From Phallusia mammillata (taxonomy: Eukaryota), in contig OZ281497.1 of the NCBI GenBank assembly GCA_965637545.1, positions 22,072,001 through 22,136,000 of the forward strand: 64,000 nucleotides of DNA, read 5' to 3'. The notes under the pieces were generated by a model. That model saw only the letters and a program-made list of their open reading frames with translations. It had not been told where the DNA came from and ran no database searches. Below are positions 13,865 to 27,464 of the stretch, piece after piece. Each line of letters starts with the position of its first letter. The first letter of the stretch is position 1. Both the position numbers and the translations under genes were made by a program.

Positions 13865-16465
13865 ATGCGAAACTCAACTCTGTTGCAAGTGGTTGTTGGT
13901 ATCGTTGCACTTCTTGCAATAGTGGTAGTTTACAATAATTTATCAGGCAATGGTAGCCTCCACACCAGAGTGTTGACTTCTATTAGAGGATTTCAGGCTC
14001 CGACGCCAGTACCTCGTTCCACCGAGAAAAACATCACTGCTCCTCCTGAAAAGACTGAGGAAGAACTTTTCATGGAAAGAATGAAGAAGCGACAGGATGA
14101 GCGCAAGGCATTGATACGTGAAACCTGCAAGAGATTCGGTAAGGCTTGTGATGAAAAGATGATATTTTACGTGGCACGCTTGTAGTACGTAGGCCATTGT
14201 TCGGCAACCTTTTAGACAACGCGTGTCAAATCATTGCTGTGACAAAATTGTAATGATTAAGCATGCCAACATTTTGTCTGTTGCGGTGGTTGCTGCTAGC
14301 TAATTTAAATAGTAATTACGTACCAGGTTAATTTGTATGTGTAATTTGTGTTTTTGGTACTATTGTATCACAACGAACTGAAAACACGTGATGTAAGTAA
14401 GTTTATTTTTGCGCTGTTTAAGCGACAGCGTGGCGAAAGACCCTAAGATCACCTTATCAGCCACCCTCGTAATAGATGTTACTTCGTCAATCTGTACGTT
14501 ACTTAAATATAAAGTCAAAAATAACTTGGTGTGCCATGAAAAATCACCTCGGGTGACAACCTTGGCACGCGCAGGGGCGACGACCTCTGATGTAGGCAAT
14601 CCTGGGGGCACACTTTAGGTTACAGTGGACCAAGCTGTGTTGTTTGTAATCGTCTTACTTTGAGATCAGTATTACAAACAACAGCGATTTGCCATTTCAC
14701 TTGTTAGCGTTATACGTTTTTGTTTGTAGGCAATAATACTGAACATAATACGTACATAAGTGGAATAAGTTATACTAGGTTATGCTCATTCTTTCTCTTT
14801 CTCTACTTTCTGGTAGAATCTACTTGTAAGAAACTTAAACGTTACAACTTCAAATGCAGACATACAACAAAACATCAGCCACATGATGCCGATGATGTTG
14901 GTGGACAAAAAATACAAAGTGATTCATTGTAGCATGGGAAAAACTGGAACAACCAGATGGAAAGAACTGTTTTGGCAACTGTTAGGACTCGATAAAAAGG
15001 ACGTAAGGAATACCACACGTTCTAGATCTAGATGGTATGTCAATGTATGAATATTAAACTCAGATATGCCTATAGTTTAGGGTGCAAAAATATCAACGAA
15101 CGAAGATTGAGGCGCCTCAAAGAGAACAGTTTCTTCGCAATTCGGGCTGGATCCAAACAATGAACGTTCGCGAACCGTTCGAACGAATGTTGTCCGCATA
15201 CAGACAAAAGTTGGAAAAAGCGACTTCTGAATTTCCGGATCGTTCTAAAGCGATTCGTGCCAAGTACGGCCCAAAAGGTATATATTTAGGCATTTTTTAC
15301 TTTTCTTTGTAGCAGTGATAAACAGCCCTGGCTTCGCTGAGACGAAATGAGTCTCTGTATATTAAGGTTTCAAATGTTTTCAAAGCAATCGCTGTAAATG
15401 CTATACCGAGGTTTTCGCCAAAGGAAAAAAATGTTTCAGGTTTTAGGATAATTATTTGTATTTTAAGGTATGGTTTGTTGCCTAAACGAGCTATAGATAA
15501 ATTTTACGCATCAAAGACTAGAAATGCTTGGAAATACCCCTTTCTTGATTTTCTGGCTATTTTGGCGGTTACTCCATGAAATATTAACAGACAAAAACAC
15601 AACCCAAATGTTTAGTTTTTAAACTGCGTCACAATCGTATATAGTTGTTAAAATGTTTGAAGGTCACTGAATTGGGTTTCATAGTAAGTTTTATATTCAT
15701 TTTGTCAGATGGAAAATTGGCCACATTTAGTGATTTCATCAACTACCTGGTTCTTGGTGCCCCTGAATCTCTGCAAACCGGCAACGAGCATTGGACGAGA
15801 TTCAGCTACCCTTGCACGCCTTGTGCTATTGATTACGACTTCATCGGACACCAAGAAACCATAGGCGAGGACGCCAGGTAAAGCTAATAAACTTTACTTA
15901 CGAATATGCACCAGGGTTGTAGCTTAATTGTAGATAGTCAGAATTTTCGGATCGGGTTCATGAGTTTTTTATGTCGCAATTTTACAATATTGGTTTGCAT
16001 TCACAATAACTATGTAGACGCAAATCAGAAAATTGCTGTTTTGTTACCAAAAGATTTTCTGACATGAGCATTTTAAATTACAAGTCATATTATTGCAAAA
16101 ACCCTCTCGGAACGTGTGTCATTGCGCTGGTCTCTGCGTGAGTTATTATTACAATATGTTACAGTATAATACAGAGCAAATTACTGTAATCTTGTGTGAG
16201 CAAACCACAGTTCTTTTCTCTTTACTCGCTTTATTACAGGTATTTCCTGAAGCTCATCGATGCACCAAAGCATATCACACACGGACCAGCGTATACCCGC
16301 CACAGCGACGAAGAAATGACACTTCAGTATTACGCAACCGTGGAACCTCGTGAGCGTATCATTCAACTCTACTCACTTCTGCTACAAGATTACCTTATGT
16401 TCGGCTATCCTCCACCCAAAGCCCTTACTCGTTTGTTCGGAAATGGCAATCCATCGTGGCAATAA
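13865..16465 (+). CDS. Carbohydrate sulfotransferase, Sulfotransfer_2 family (CHST8-14/HNK-1ST-like), type II membrane protein, ~346 aa. Exons 13865-14138, 14860-15034, 15081-15277, 15709-15877, 16240-16465.
   Basis: GT-AG exons join in frame (1041 nt). N-terminal TM anchor (LLQVVVGIVALLAIVVVY), 5'-PAPS motif CSMGKTGTTRWK, 3'-PAPS motif VREPFERMLSAY, then NEHW, CTPCAIDYDFIG and DYLMFGY, all typical of this family. Confidence 0.92.
14195..14589. mobile_element. Degenerate hAT MITE in the first coding intron of the sulfotransferase
   Basis: Flanks acgtaggc / atgtaggc. Termini cattgttcggcaacc ... cgacgacctctg. Subterminal ggcacgcg motif. Confidence 0.55.
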
Positions 16466-17009
16466 TAGCATATTCCATCTAGTCTGTATAAATGAGCCTG
16501 CAAGCAAATTTTTGTACGTTTAAGAAACATTTCAAAAACACAACTTAACTTGCATTGCCCTTTCACATTCCGTTGTGGCTTTATTTGATAAAGTGATGTC
16601 TTTAAAAGATTGTGTTTCCAGTTCCGCTGTTGTGTCTTTATTTTCCACTCTATTGGCCTGCTGATACAGCAATAAGTTGTACATAATTTTTTACCAAACG
16701 CTCCAGCACATAACATATATGCAACTGCTAGAATGGAAGATCTGCACTGTAGGTTGTCCCAAAACCATTTGTTCCATATGCAATATTATACGTGATGTAA
16801 ATTTTTGATTACAAATGCAAATCATGTTTACTGATGAAAAGTTTCTGGTGTGTGAAAATATCCGCCATTGTCATAGACAGTGCATTAGGTTGCCGAAATA
16901 TAACTCTCAGTCTCTAAATAAAATGTGTTTCAAACATTGCCTTCTTTAAATAAGCTCTCGCAGTCAGGCATAAGCTAAAGAGTGGCTATCTTACAAGCTT
17001 ACATTAGAT

Positions 17010-17646
17010 CAGTAATTTTCAACCGGTGTTCCACGAAACACTAGTGTTCCGTGAAAGATCGTCAGGTGTTCCGCGAGAAATTTGCTGGTTTGAACATAGG
17101 ATTCTAATGTTTTAGAGTTAGACTTATATGGTTTGACTAGAGTTTTATGTCGAACACCGGTAGAAAATCACTGATTCGTTTATGAAAGTATTTATCCGCC
17201 ACCACTATTTTAAATGTTCCATAATGATTGGCTTCATTTATTGTGGTGTAATAATAAGACTCGTTGTCTAATAATAAATAGCTCAATCTCGGGTAGATAG
17301 CTGACGGTTAGTGCAATTTAGCTTTGAGAATAATATAACATTTAAAGTCTATCTCAGTCGAAACGAGATTTAACAAGCTTTCTGACGTTCAGCAAACATT
17401 ATTGCGCCAAAAACGATGAATCACGGAACAGCTAGTGCCAGGCGAATATAGTATTTAGGTACAATAGTAGTTTTAATGTTACGTTTTCATAAAACATCTC
17501 CCCAACTTCAATAGCGCTATATGAGCGTTTTCATCTCTTTCAGTCAGAGCCTAGTTGTTTCATTGCTTCAAAATTTCGTTTGGTGTTTCGCAAAATTATT
17601 TTAATGCATAAAGTATTCCGTGACTCAAAAAAGGTTGAAAACACTG
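17010..17646. mobile_element. hAT MITE; duplicated copy at 35220-35733
   Basis: TIR cagtaattttcaacc / ggttgaaaacactg. TSD cattagat / catcagat. Subterminal gtgttccg motifs. Confidence 0.8.
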
Positions 17647-18532
17647 CATCAGATCACATGGTTAAACTTGTAAAGCTTTCTTCAATTTTAAACAGAAAGG
17701 AAAAATAAACAAATACCAACAGATTTTTAGGGGTAAAGACGAACAATAACGACATTAGAGGTCAACTTTCAAAAGGCAAATTTGCTTGACTGACGAGACA
17801 TGTTTTTACCCTAAAGCGCAACATTTTGCAGTGAACCTGTGTTAAAGCCTAACTTTTTAAACTTTATGCAAAAAAAAAAAAAAACGTTTAGGAAATCAAT
17901 AATAGTTTCCTAAGGTGGAAATGAACCCAATCTGTAGTTTAATGCACCAACGAAGTAAAAAAAGTATTTTTTGTGTCTCGGGCGACACCTACCCGGAGGA
18001 CAGAATTTTGGTCAAAATCCTGAGCAACTAAAACGGATGAAAACGCACACCAGTAATCACCTATTACAAGTTGAGGCAAACTGAAATTGTCGTAGTTGGT
18101 GTCTAGGTATAAATTTCTTCTAAAATACAAAAATACACAGTTACCTAAAACCTACTCAAGTGTTGTACACGTAGGTCGAAAACGCATTCAAGTTAGTAGC
18201 AATATTTTGCCCATACTTTTGTATGGCAGATGTTTGTGATATGGTCGTTTGCGGACATAATTGTAATTGTATCTCATTAAAAAATATTTAATAAAATAAC
18301 TAAGGATTTTTGCGTAGACAAATTTGGAAAACGTTCATTTATACATTTGAACTATAAATAATCTATTACGTTATACCTGTGGTCTTCAAACTTGTTTTTG
18401 CCAACTTTTAACTATCCGTCAGTTTAGGGCTCTTAAATTCCGTTTTGTACATTTTGTACTAATTCCATACGTCGTATGACTGGTACTTATGCAGGCAGGT
18501 CAGATTTCATAAAAAAGTTTTTGGATCAAAAA

Positions 18533-18954
18533 CAGTGAACCTCAACCGCGGCTCTGAAGGCCGCATGCGGCTTCCGACTACGTATTTTGCAGCCCTCAAC
18601 AAACCTCAGAAATTTACTAAAGATTATTATAACTATGAATAGCAACAAATCTCGATATTTCAGACATTAGAATATTTAAAAGTTTATATTGGAGTATATT
18701 TAAACACTTCAACCCAATCAATCTAACGGCGATAATAATTACGTACAGCAGTTAACTGTTATCCGCCTGTGTCTAATAAGTCAGAATCAGTAGGCTTTCT
18801 GCAGATAAGTGTTATTGACAAAAATTAGCTTCTCATATTCTTGTTGTTTGCTGTTATCCTGCATTCGCTTTTAAATCGTTTTTTGCGGCTCCTTACACAA
18901 TTAAAAAACTACCTTTTGGCCCTGATGACAATGAAAAAAGGTTGGGGACGATTG
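18533..18954. mobile_element. hAT MITE; duplicated copy at 36598-37019
   Basis: Termini cagtgaacctcaacc ... ggttggggacgattg. The paralogous copy retains a perfect TSD, atctaaac. Confidence 0.72.
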
Positions 18955-19515
18955 ATCTACACCGTTTATTTAATCGGAGTCCACATTAAGTAACAAGGTA
19001 ATAACTTGATAGATTTACAACTTTGATCTCACACAACTAGCATCGCACGCTTTATCAACTTAACACACTAACTTCAGACTTACGAGGAAAAGCGCTAGAC
19101 AAAAAAGGCGTTGATTACAAGCACGCTTTTCGCACGGATACAAACGTGCTAAAGGCAAAAATCGTCTGTTGGTCAATGCAAGCAACAATGTTAGTAACGA
19201 TACCTAAAAACACATGTAGAAATATAGCGAAGAAATACAGATTAGGGCTAAATATTTTTGAAATCAAATGCTGTCCCATAACCAAGTGTACATATTTTTG
19301 GAGCATAAATAGGTCAAGAAGTCCTATGACACTAAATGCACACCCAAAGGATTGTTAATTGAAGCATTGTTTGTCGAGCAAGAAAAATGCCAGTGTCAAC
19401 ACCAAAAAACGGAAATCTGAACATCTTTTTTCTTAAAATCCATTCACAAAAGTTAAGTATGTTTCAAAGAAGTATGGTTAACACCCCAAGTACAAACCAA
19501 CAATGGAGCCAGTTC

Positions 19516-21634
19516 TTAACAGTAACAACCGCTGGTTGTTGAGTTACTGGTTGTTGATGGTGATTTTAAGGATGGACTTGTAGTCAGTTTCTGGAAGAGG
19601 GTACCTGCATTTGTAAAACGTTTGAAATAACCTTTGCGTCATCACAAATTATACATTACTTTCATGTAATAATTACAACCTATTGCAACATCCGCTCAAT
19701 TCCTTGCTAAAGATATTTACACATAACCTAATTTCTATAGTATTATAGTATGTGTTTGGAACAAGTAGCATAATGTGTAACAGCGCTGCGTTTATCTATG
19801 ACTTAATAATTTACCTGTATCTGACTGGTTGGTTGCTTGTGACCGACTAGTAGGGATTGGTTGACTGATTTTCAGGTTACTGGTTAATTCTGCAAAGCTG
19901 TTTGATGCATGACTTGTTGGTAATAATTCTATTGTTGTTGATGGTTGATTTGTATCCATACGTGACGTGGTTGGTTCTTCACACGGATTGCCTGGATGAG
20001 TTGTTCAAAACAAAAGTATGTTTCATAAATAAGAGAATGTACGCTGCAGGTAGTATCGTTATAGCGCAGTAATGGTTGGCCAAAATGTTTTATCAAATAT
20101 ACCGCCCAGATTTAAACAAATCAATGCCTAAATTTTTACAGCCGATCAATTTAGATCGAACAAAGAACTTTTCGTTGTCTGCACAAAAACTCGACCGTCA
20201 GAGTACTATTGGGTGTTTTACATAAGTTTTTTTTTACATTTTTATGTGTCCTTTGGGGTGTTATTAAGGATTTTGCTTTACCGAATATTCGGTTTAATAT
20301 CACAATTTTGTGTCGGGATCATATAGACAAGATAAAAAAAAGAAACCAACCAATGTCACAGATTGGAATGACTTCGGAGTAAATGTTTGTAAGAACAGCA
20401 GCAAGTTGTTCAAAGGATTCCACCGTGGTTACTCTTTCATTAGATATTCCTCCATTGGCGCTTATTTGAAGTTGTTCATGGCTTAGTCTTGTGCCAATTC
20501 CAATTGCGTACACGGTGACGTTGTTAGATTGCGTCAGCTCAAAGCTTGAAACGCACAATAGTTGTAAGACAACTATTTGGTGTGCAAATATTGTCCTTCA
20601 TTTCTCATTACATAGTCTCGTGTTGTTCAATCAGTACATTGTCAGAAAATGGGTATGAATTGTTAAAAGTTTTGGAACCTGTAATTAGGCCGTTGGTGAT
20701 CTGTCGCTTTTCCATCAGTAATGAGAATTAGGACTTTTTTGGCAAAATTTGCTTTTGTCGATTGATTGAAGTTGATCTACAAAAAACGTAAAAAGAGGCC
20801 TTTTCTATTTTGTCTGCAAAAATATTGTCTAAAATGTATATAAATGTTGTATCCCTATTTCAGTTTTTTGACCGTTTTCTCATTTATGTTGTTTAAACCT
20901 CCGTAACAAAAAAAAACGATGAATGCAAATTTACCTTTACTACATGCTCGATGGCCCTTGCAGTATAGGTATTGGATGCTTTTAAATGCATCATATTCAT
21001 GAGAGAGTGTTGTAAACATCGGACTGTTTTGCATTCACCAAGTTTAGTAGGCGATTGATAGTGATGTCGACTGGTTGACAAATAAGTAAGGCTAAAAAGA
21101 GTTTAAGAGTTTTATTTTGTTTTAATAAAAATTTAGACTTTAAGGTTTACTTTCAGCCATTTAACTGGCCATATTGAAGAACTCCAACTTGTAAGCAGGA
21201 ACAAATAGAACGAGTGAAGCTTGAAGACGAATTTAGAAGACCTGCTTTCATTGTTTCGAATGTTGTACTGGTTATTGAGTTCGAAGAGTCAAGAAGTAAA
21301 ATCAGATCAGTGCTGTTTTGTTCGAGTGAGGAAGCTGTAAATTTGCAACCACTAAGTAAAGACATGTCCTATTTCAGATCTAGATTGGTTATAATTCATA
21401 GGCAAGATCTGCGGACAAATATTTATTGCACAGTGTAGTGTGCTCTTGCTTAGTCAGACGCGTCACCGAAATAATTGCGTACAAGAAGTCACTTAAGCGT
21501 ATCAACCGTCCAAATCTCAGAACAGCAACAACGACCTTATTATGCGAAATATTGCGAAAAAACATTTCCTCACCTGTTAGTGGCACGTAAACAAAAACAA
21601 GTAAGAGTGCCCTGTAGGTTTGTCCCAAGTCCAT
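19516..21634 (-). pseudogene. Single-VWA-domain gene (paralog 1), pseudogene, 7 exons
   Basis: Signal-peptide exon MDLGQTYRALLLVFVYVPLT (21634-21574), then a VWA domain with DLILLLDSSNS, NTYTARAI and VLILITDG. In-frame TGA at 21153-21155 where paralogs have AGA. An 8-bp deletion (ggttggaa, relative to 37610-37617) shifts the hydrophobic tail out of frame. Confidence 0.85.
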
Positions 21635-24318
21635 TGCAAGGTAAATTTCCGCTGGCAAACTTTAGCAGGCACTTGTTGAGTTAACTACTTTAATTTGGAT
21701 GAATGACGATATAGCTCCCAATTCATTAACCTTTTTTTAAACATACGAATCAAAAATGAAGCTAGATAATGTTAAAATTAACTGTTTATGAAACAGTGAC
21801 AAACCACTAGTTTTGACTTTGGTGAACAATTGCCTAAACATAACCTATAATATACAATAAGTGTTAGTGAATGCCATTCTCGTTGAGCTGGCCTCGACCT
21901 GTCGGACTCGTGTTGACTTAAATTATTATTTAACACAACATTGCCGACGTAGAAACAACATTCAAGGTTTAAATGGCTGAAAGCTTGACTTGGTTGTACC
22001 TTCTGCTATTATTGAGTATGGTGCGTGTAAGACGTTTCGTTTAAAATTAAAATGAGATAAACTGTAAATGAACTAGACTGGACGTAATGTTTCCGTTTTG
22101 GCAGTTTATTCTAGTTCATCGTTATGTTCGTATGTGGCCTTGTACTGAGATGGGAGCCTGGAAACCCCCTGTGGTCAAGAGTTACGGTCTTTTGTATCAA
22201 AAAGTGCGGTATTTTGTCTTGTTATAGCAAACATTTGGCGTCATATGTAGGTATAAGATGACAGCACCAATTGTTAGATGGTCGGATATCAACACGCCAC
22301 TTTATCCACTTTGGTCTATTGTTGTGAGTATATTAAATAGTCATTCGGTATACGCCTATTAGGATAGTGAAACAAACTAGTCAATTACCAAATAGGAAAC
22401 CTAAGTAACCTCCCTTTTGGAAACTACACTGTACATAGACAACTTCACTATTTAAACTTAAAATAGGTGCAGTATGTTTTTATATTGCACCAGATAATTG
22501 GCCTAGCGACATCTTTATTATCACACAAATTATCTAAGCTCTTTTTCGCCTGCCAGGCCATCGCCGATTGATTGAAATTTAACTGCGTAATAGTATTTCC
22601 TAATTTATTATGATGTTGAAAGGTTTTATTGTATAAGCTAGTTACAAACTCACAACACTCACTCAAAACTTACTCCTGAATAAATATAACGTTATAAGTG
22701 TGGTCGTCAGACTTAATTCTGTCCACTTTAAATAAGGCAGTGTAAGAAAATTGTTTTACTTTGTTTTTTCCTTTTTTTATTTTCTTTCGTACACCATATA
22801 ACTTCCCTACGGTACATGGTATGTACAACACAACGAAATTATTTTATGACGTAGAATTATGCTAACAGGTCAGATTCCTGAAATGTGAACTGTGATGCTT
22901 AATCCCGTATTCAATTAAAAATAAAGTTAAAACAGATATGACATATACGTCTACAATTTGATCTCACGCAACTGGCATCACATTCTTCACCAATCTAACA
23001 CATTGACGTCAGACGTACGATGCAGCGCTACAAAACTGCCACAAAAATGACGTTGATTCCAAAAGCAGATCTCCATTCGCGCGGGAAAACGTGCTAAAGG
23101 CAAAAAAAGCTCTTTTGTTCGTATATCATAAAAATCATACACATCTCTATTCTTTACAGATGTACACATATGCATATGTCAGATTTGGGTCAGATTCTCT
23201 AATAATGTAACCTTTGATGCCTAATCCTGTATACAAACAAAATCAAGATAAAGCAATAATGTAGTGATATAACAGGGTCTAAATTTAAATCTCACACAAC
23301 TGCGACTACATGCTTCACACAACACAACACACCAACAAAGCGCTACACAATTGCCGAGAAGAAAGAGCGTTGATTACAAGCACGCTTTTTGCACGGAGTG
23401 CAGGTCAGGTTTAGTTGTCGATTTATGGTTCACAATCACAAAAGAGTTTTAGAACGTCACCTTCTGGCATATTCGGAATCGAAAACCAATTTTACAGTAA
23501 ACGCGGCGATTATGATATTGGGTAAAATAAAAGCAAGTAAACAAAATAAAAAGTGAGACAACGCACACATTAAGGTGGATCTACTAACGTAAGAACTCAC
23601 AGTAGAAAGGTTCGCTAAATACCGATAGATGGCGTAAAGAGCGCAGTTATTTAAAATAACAGTGAGACTGGCATGGAGTTTGGGACTAAATTTAACATGA
23701 CACTCCCGGGGACGAATCACGATCAAGGTTTTTTATATCGGTATATGTGTCAGGCGCGCACTCGGACCATTCGGCACAGGTGAGGTCCTCCGTCAGCATT
23801 TTTTACACAAACATATTTGCGTGTGCCACCTACCGAAAATTATCACGCCTGATTATTATGAGTTCTTACGTAAGTAGCTCCACCACCTATTAACAATCGC
23901 TTAAAAGTACTTAAAAATATTTTGCATAAGTATAAACATTCAAAAAGAAACGTGCGATGAAGCATGTCGAGCAAAACGTTTAGGGTAAACTAAATGTGAT
24001 AATTAATTTATCCGCATTTTTATAAAAGTTGAGAATAACCAACAGAAATTTTCGAAATTGAATATCACGTTTGAATTAAAAGCACATAAACAGCAACATA
24101 CGAAAAAAAGAATACATTATCATTAAAAGCCTTTTAACAAAAAAGCTTTTGCCTTATAAGACTTAGCAGTGCGCGGTGAAGACAAGTTTTTGAAGCTCAA
24201 GCACACAGAAAGTGGTTTCAAAGAAACAATCAGAAAAAGCATTAATGTCAAAAAACTTTGCCCTTTACAGATTTTTATCGTGACAAATGTCTTAGTACGT
24301 TTAAAACCAAAAATGTCA

Positions 24319-26434
24319 CTACGGACCAACATAACGACAGATTTTGCTGACAATTATGGTCTTGCTGGTTGTTGAAGGTTGGCTGGATGATTTGGGCGTT
24401 TGAGTGGTGGTCAGTTTCTCGTACAGAATACCTAAAGAAGTAAACCAACGAGTAGCAAATGGTTAAATCTTACATCATAATATCTTATTGCTTTAACCAA
24501 GACTTAGGTAACTTGAATGATAACGACGTGTATCCGTTCGTACAATATGTGTTTATTTGGAACTAGCACATTAACTCAAAATTTGAAAGGACTATTCCGA
24601 CAAGTGCGTTACAACTGTCAACTACATACAAACTGTCATGTTTTACTTGTTGTTCCTTTTGATCCAGTATCTGGCTGGTTGGTTGTTGTCGTGGATGACA
24701 CATTATTTGACATTGGTTTGTATGTGGTGGTTATTGGTGTATCGGTTGATAAGGTTGCCAATTTTTCGCAATCTTTAAAAATATAACACTTCTTGAGGAA
24801 AACAAAAAACATCTAGCATTCTGATGGCGTCAAACGTTGTCTGCTTGTAATTTGGGTTAATTTTTAATTTGACGTTTGTAAAGTTTTATTTTATATCACC
24901 GGGATAAAAACAAATACTGTTGTCCATTAGGCGGAAAAATGCAGAACTAAAGGTAAAACTAGTTTAAGACATTTTATTTTTCAAACGTTGAAATAACGTA
25001 TACACTGCCTTGTAAGGAACAAACCCAAAACGCAGGTGGGGACGACATGGGAGTAAATGTTTGTAAGAACAGCAGCAAGTTGTTCAAAGGATCCCACTGT
25101 TGTGACTCTTTCATCAGATACTCCCCCGTTGGCGCTTATTCGAAGTTGCTCATAGCTTACTCTTGTGCCAATTCCAATGACGTAGACGGTGACGTTGTTG
25201 GATTGCGTCAGGGCAAAACTAAAACAAAGTTTGTTGTGCATGTATTTGCGTACTTCTTTTTTTCCTTTCATATTTCTCTGATCTCCTACGATATTGTTTC
25301 AGGTAAGTTGCAATTTCAAACCTGCTATCAAGTAGTTTGTAATCAGTCGCTTGTCCATCAGTGATAAGAATAAGAACTTTTTTGGCGAGAGGTGTAGTGG
25401 ATTTCTTAAAGTTGATCTACGCAAAATGCGCATGCGAGCAAATTCTATTTATGAATACTAAAACAAATTGACTATAAGTAAACTTAAAGACGAAATATAC
25501 ATGGTTTGCAACCGAACACAAATTTTGCATCTCGACATTTCAATTGTTATCTTATTTATGATATTCGTTCAAAATGCATAAAAGTCTATAGACTACAACA
25601 AAACTTACCTTTGCCACACGTTCGATGGCCCTTGCAGTGTAGGTATTAGCTGCTCTCAAATGTTCCATTCTTACAACAGAATCTTGGAAACAACTGACAG
25701 TTTTGCAGTCACCAAGTTCGGTAGGCGAATAATAGTGCCTTACACTCGTTGACAAATATGTAAGGCTAAAAACAGTTTTAGAAGTTGAGAGATAATTACT
25801 TTGTTTAAATTAACTTTGGTATTTGCTTGTTTACTTTCTTCCGTTTAGTTGGCCATATAGAAGAACCCCAACCTGTAAACAGGAGCAAATTGAACGATTG
25901 AAGATATGAGATGAGTCTATAAGAGCTGTTTTCAAACTTCCAAACTCAAGGCTGTTAATTGAATTCGAAGTGTCGACAAGTAATATCAGATCAGTGCTGG
26001 TTTTTTCGAGTGAGCTAGCTGTAATTTTTTAATCACAAAATTAAAATATAATCAGGTTTTGAAAAAGCATGTGATGGGTTGACGGTACCTCAGATATGAA
26101 ATATTTGCAATCAACAAAATGTGTAAAATATTGTCAAATTGTTTTTGAACCTACAGATGTTTACCTCAATGGAATGTTTTTTAAACTATGATTGATTTGT
26201 TATAATAGGTGACTACATTGTCGTTGCCAGATCAACGGCTCGCCTTGAGAACATTTACTAATCCAAAAGATTAAGATATATATATATATATATATATATT
26301 TGGAGTGTAAGGGTTGTATGAACAAAATACGTTACATGTAAGCAACAAAATATTCCATGATTTTTATTGTTACCTGCAGATAGCACATAAACACAAACAA
26401 GCAACACTGCTCTGTAATATTGAGTCAAGTCCAT
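24319..26434 (-). CDS. Secreted single-VWA-domain protein with Ser/Thr-rich tail (paralog 2), ~310 aa, 7 exons
   Basis: Signal peptide MDLTQYYRAVLLVCVYVLSA (26434-26374). MIDAS DTSNS...NTYT...ITDG. All exons are GT-AG and join in frame. Ends ...KICRYVGP* with no hydrophobic anchor. Confidence 0.82.
26276..26298. repeat. (TA)n microsatellite in intron 1 of VWA paralog 2
   Basis: Direct TA dinucleotide run. Confidence 0.9.
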
Positions 26435-27020
26435 AGTAAGATTCCTTTCTCGGTTGAAATTCAGTAATTGCTGTCCTGAAAACTTCCAGGCCGGTTTGAG
26501 GATAACTGCAATTCTTTTTGTTAGAATGCTGCGGTTTAAGAGGCAAGTTAAACACCGTATAATATTATGTTTCAACTAAAATAAGGCCTTGCTGTAACAG
26601 CTTTACCCAGTCAGAAATTTATGTCCGGGCCAAGCACAATTATGTTTGGTAACGCTAGGCAGCCACACATGGGCGGCACCTGGGTGCCTTGCTTAAGTTG
26701 TCATATATGTGTGGCGTATGTTCAACAATGAAACACTTCGAGCTTGGCGCCGAACGTTCCAGTTATGTTTGGTCCATACACGATGCCGTACGATCGGCCT
26801 AAGATAATAACCAGGTATGACGGCCCGGTTTTTAGCCATACCAGGTCCTAGTTTAAATATTGTTTGAACCACACATAACCAATCATCTAATATCCTTGGC
26901 ACTGCCAGATTTTGCCGTCTTTCAATATGACACTTCCAATAATATTTCCTGACAATGTATTAAAAAGAAGTACAAAACGAAATATAAAGGACGCCTGGTT
27001 TTGATCGGTGGCCTGGGCAA

Positions 27021-27430
27021 GCATAAAACACACAGTTTGGAGGGCCTGCGAAAAGCATAAGACACACAGGTTGGAGGGCCGGCGCAAATTATAAGACACA
27101 CAGTTTGAAGGGCCGATGCAAAGCATAAATAACACAGTTTAGAGGGCCGGCGCAGGGCATAAGACACACAGTTTGGAGAGCCAGTGCAGGGCATTTGACA
27201 CATAGTTTGGAGGACTGGCGTAAGGCATAAGACACATAGTTAAGATGGACGATGCAAAGCATAGGACACACTGATTGGACAGTCTGGGCAAAGCATAAAA
27301 CACACAGTTTAGATGGCCTGCACACAGCATATAACACACACTTTGGAGGGCCTGTGCAAAGCATAAGACACAAAGTTTAGATGGCTGGGACAAAGTATAA
27401 GACACACAATTTGAAAGGCTGGGGCAAAAG
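27021..27430. repeat. 34-bp minisatellite, ~12 diverged copies (consensus gcataagacacacagtttggagggccNgNgcaaa), subterminal in the transposon
   Basis: Units start at 27021, 27055, 27089 ... 27395, an exact 34-bp period. Confidence 0.93.
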
Positions 27431-27464
27431 CATTCTAAGTCACATGGCTGGCAAACAGACCAAC

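Larger units (their letters stand above)
15029..21334. repeat. Segmental duplication copy A (3' sulfotransferase + intergenic DNA + VWA gene), paralogous to ~32924-39700
   Basis: Colinear from 'gatggtatgtcaatgtatgaatattaaactcag' (15031 vs 32927) through two shared MITEs to the VWA exons. Confidence 0.92.

Noticed and set aside
21153-21155. In-frame TGA in VWA paralog 1 as selenocysteine or readthrough
   Set aside because: It aligns with Arg (AGA), not Cys, in all paralogs, and the gene has a second lesion.
27021-27430. CRISPR-like appearance and Cys-rich ORFs in three frames over the 34-bp array
   Set aside because: There are no unique spacers or cas genes, and the context is eukaryotic. 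The Cys-rich ORFs are by-products of tgtgt-rich repeats.
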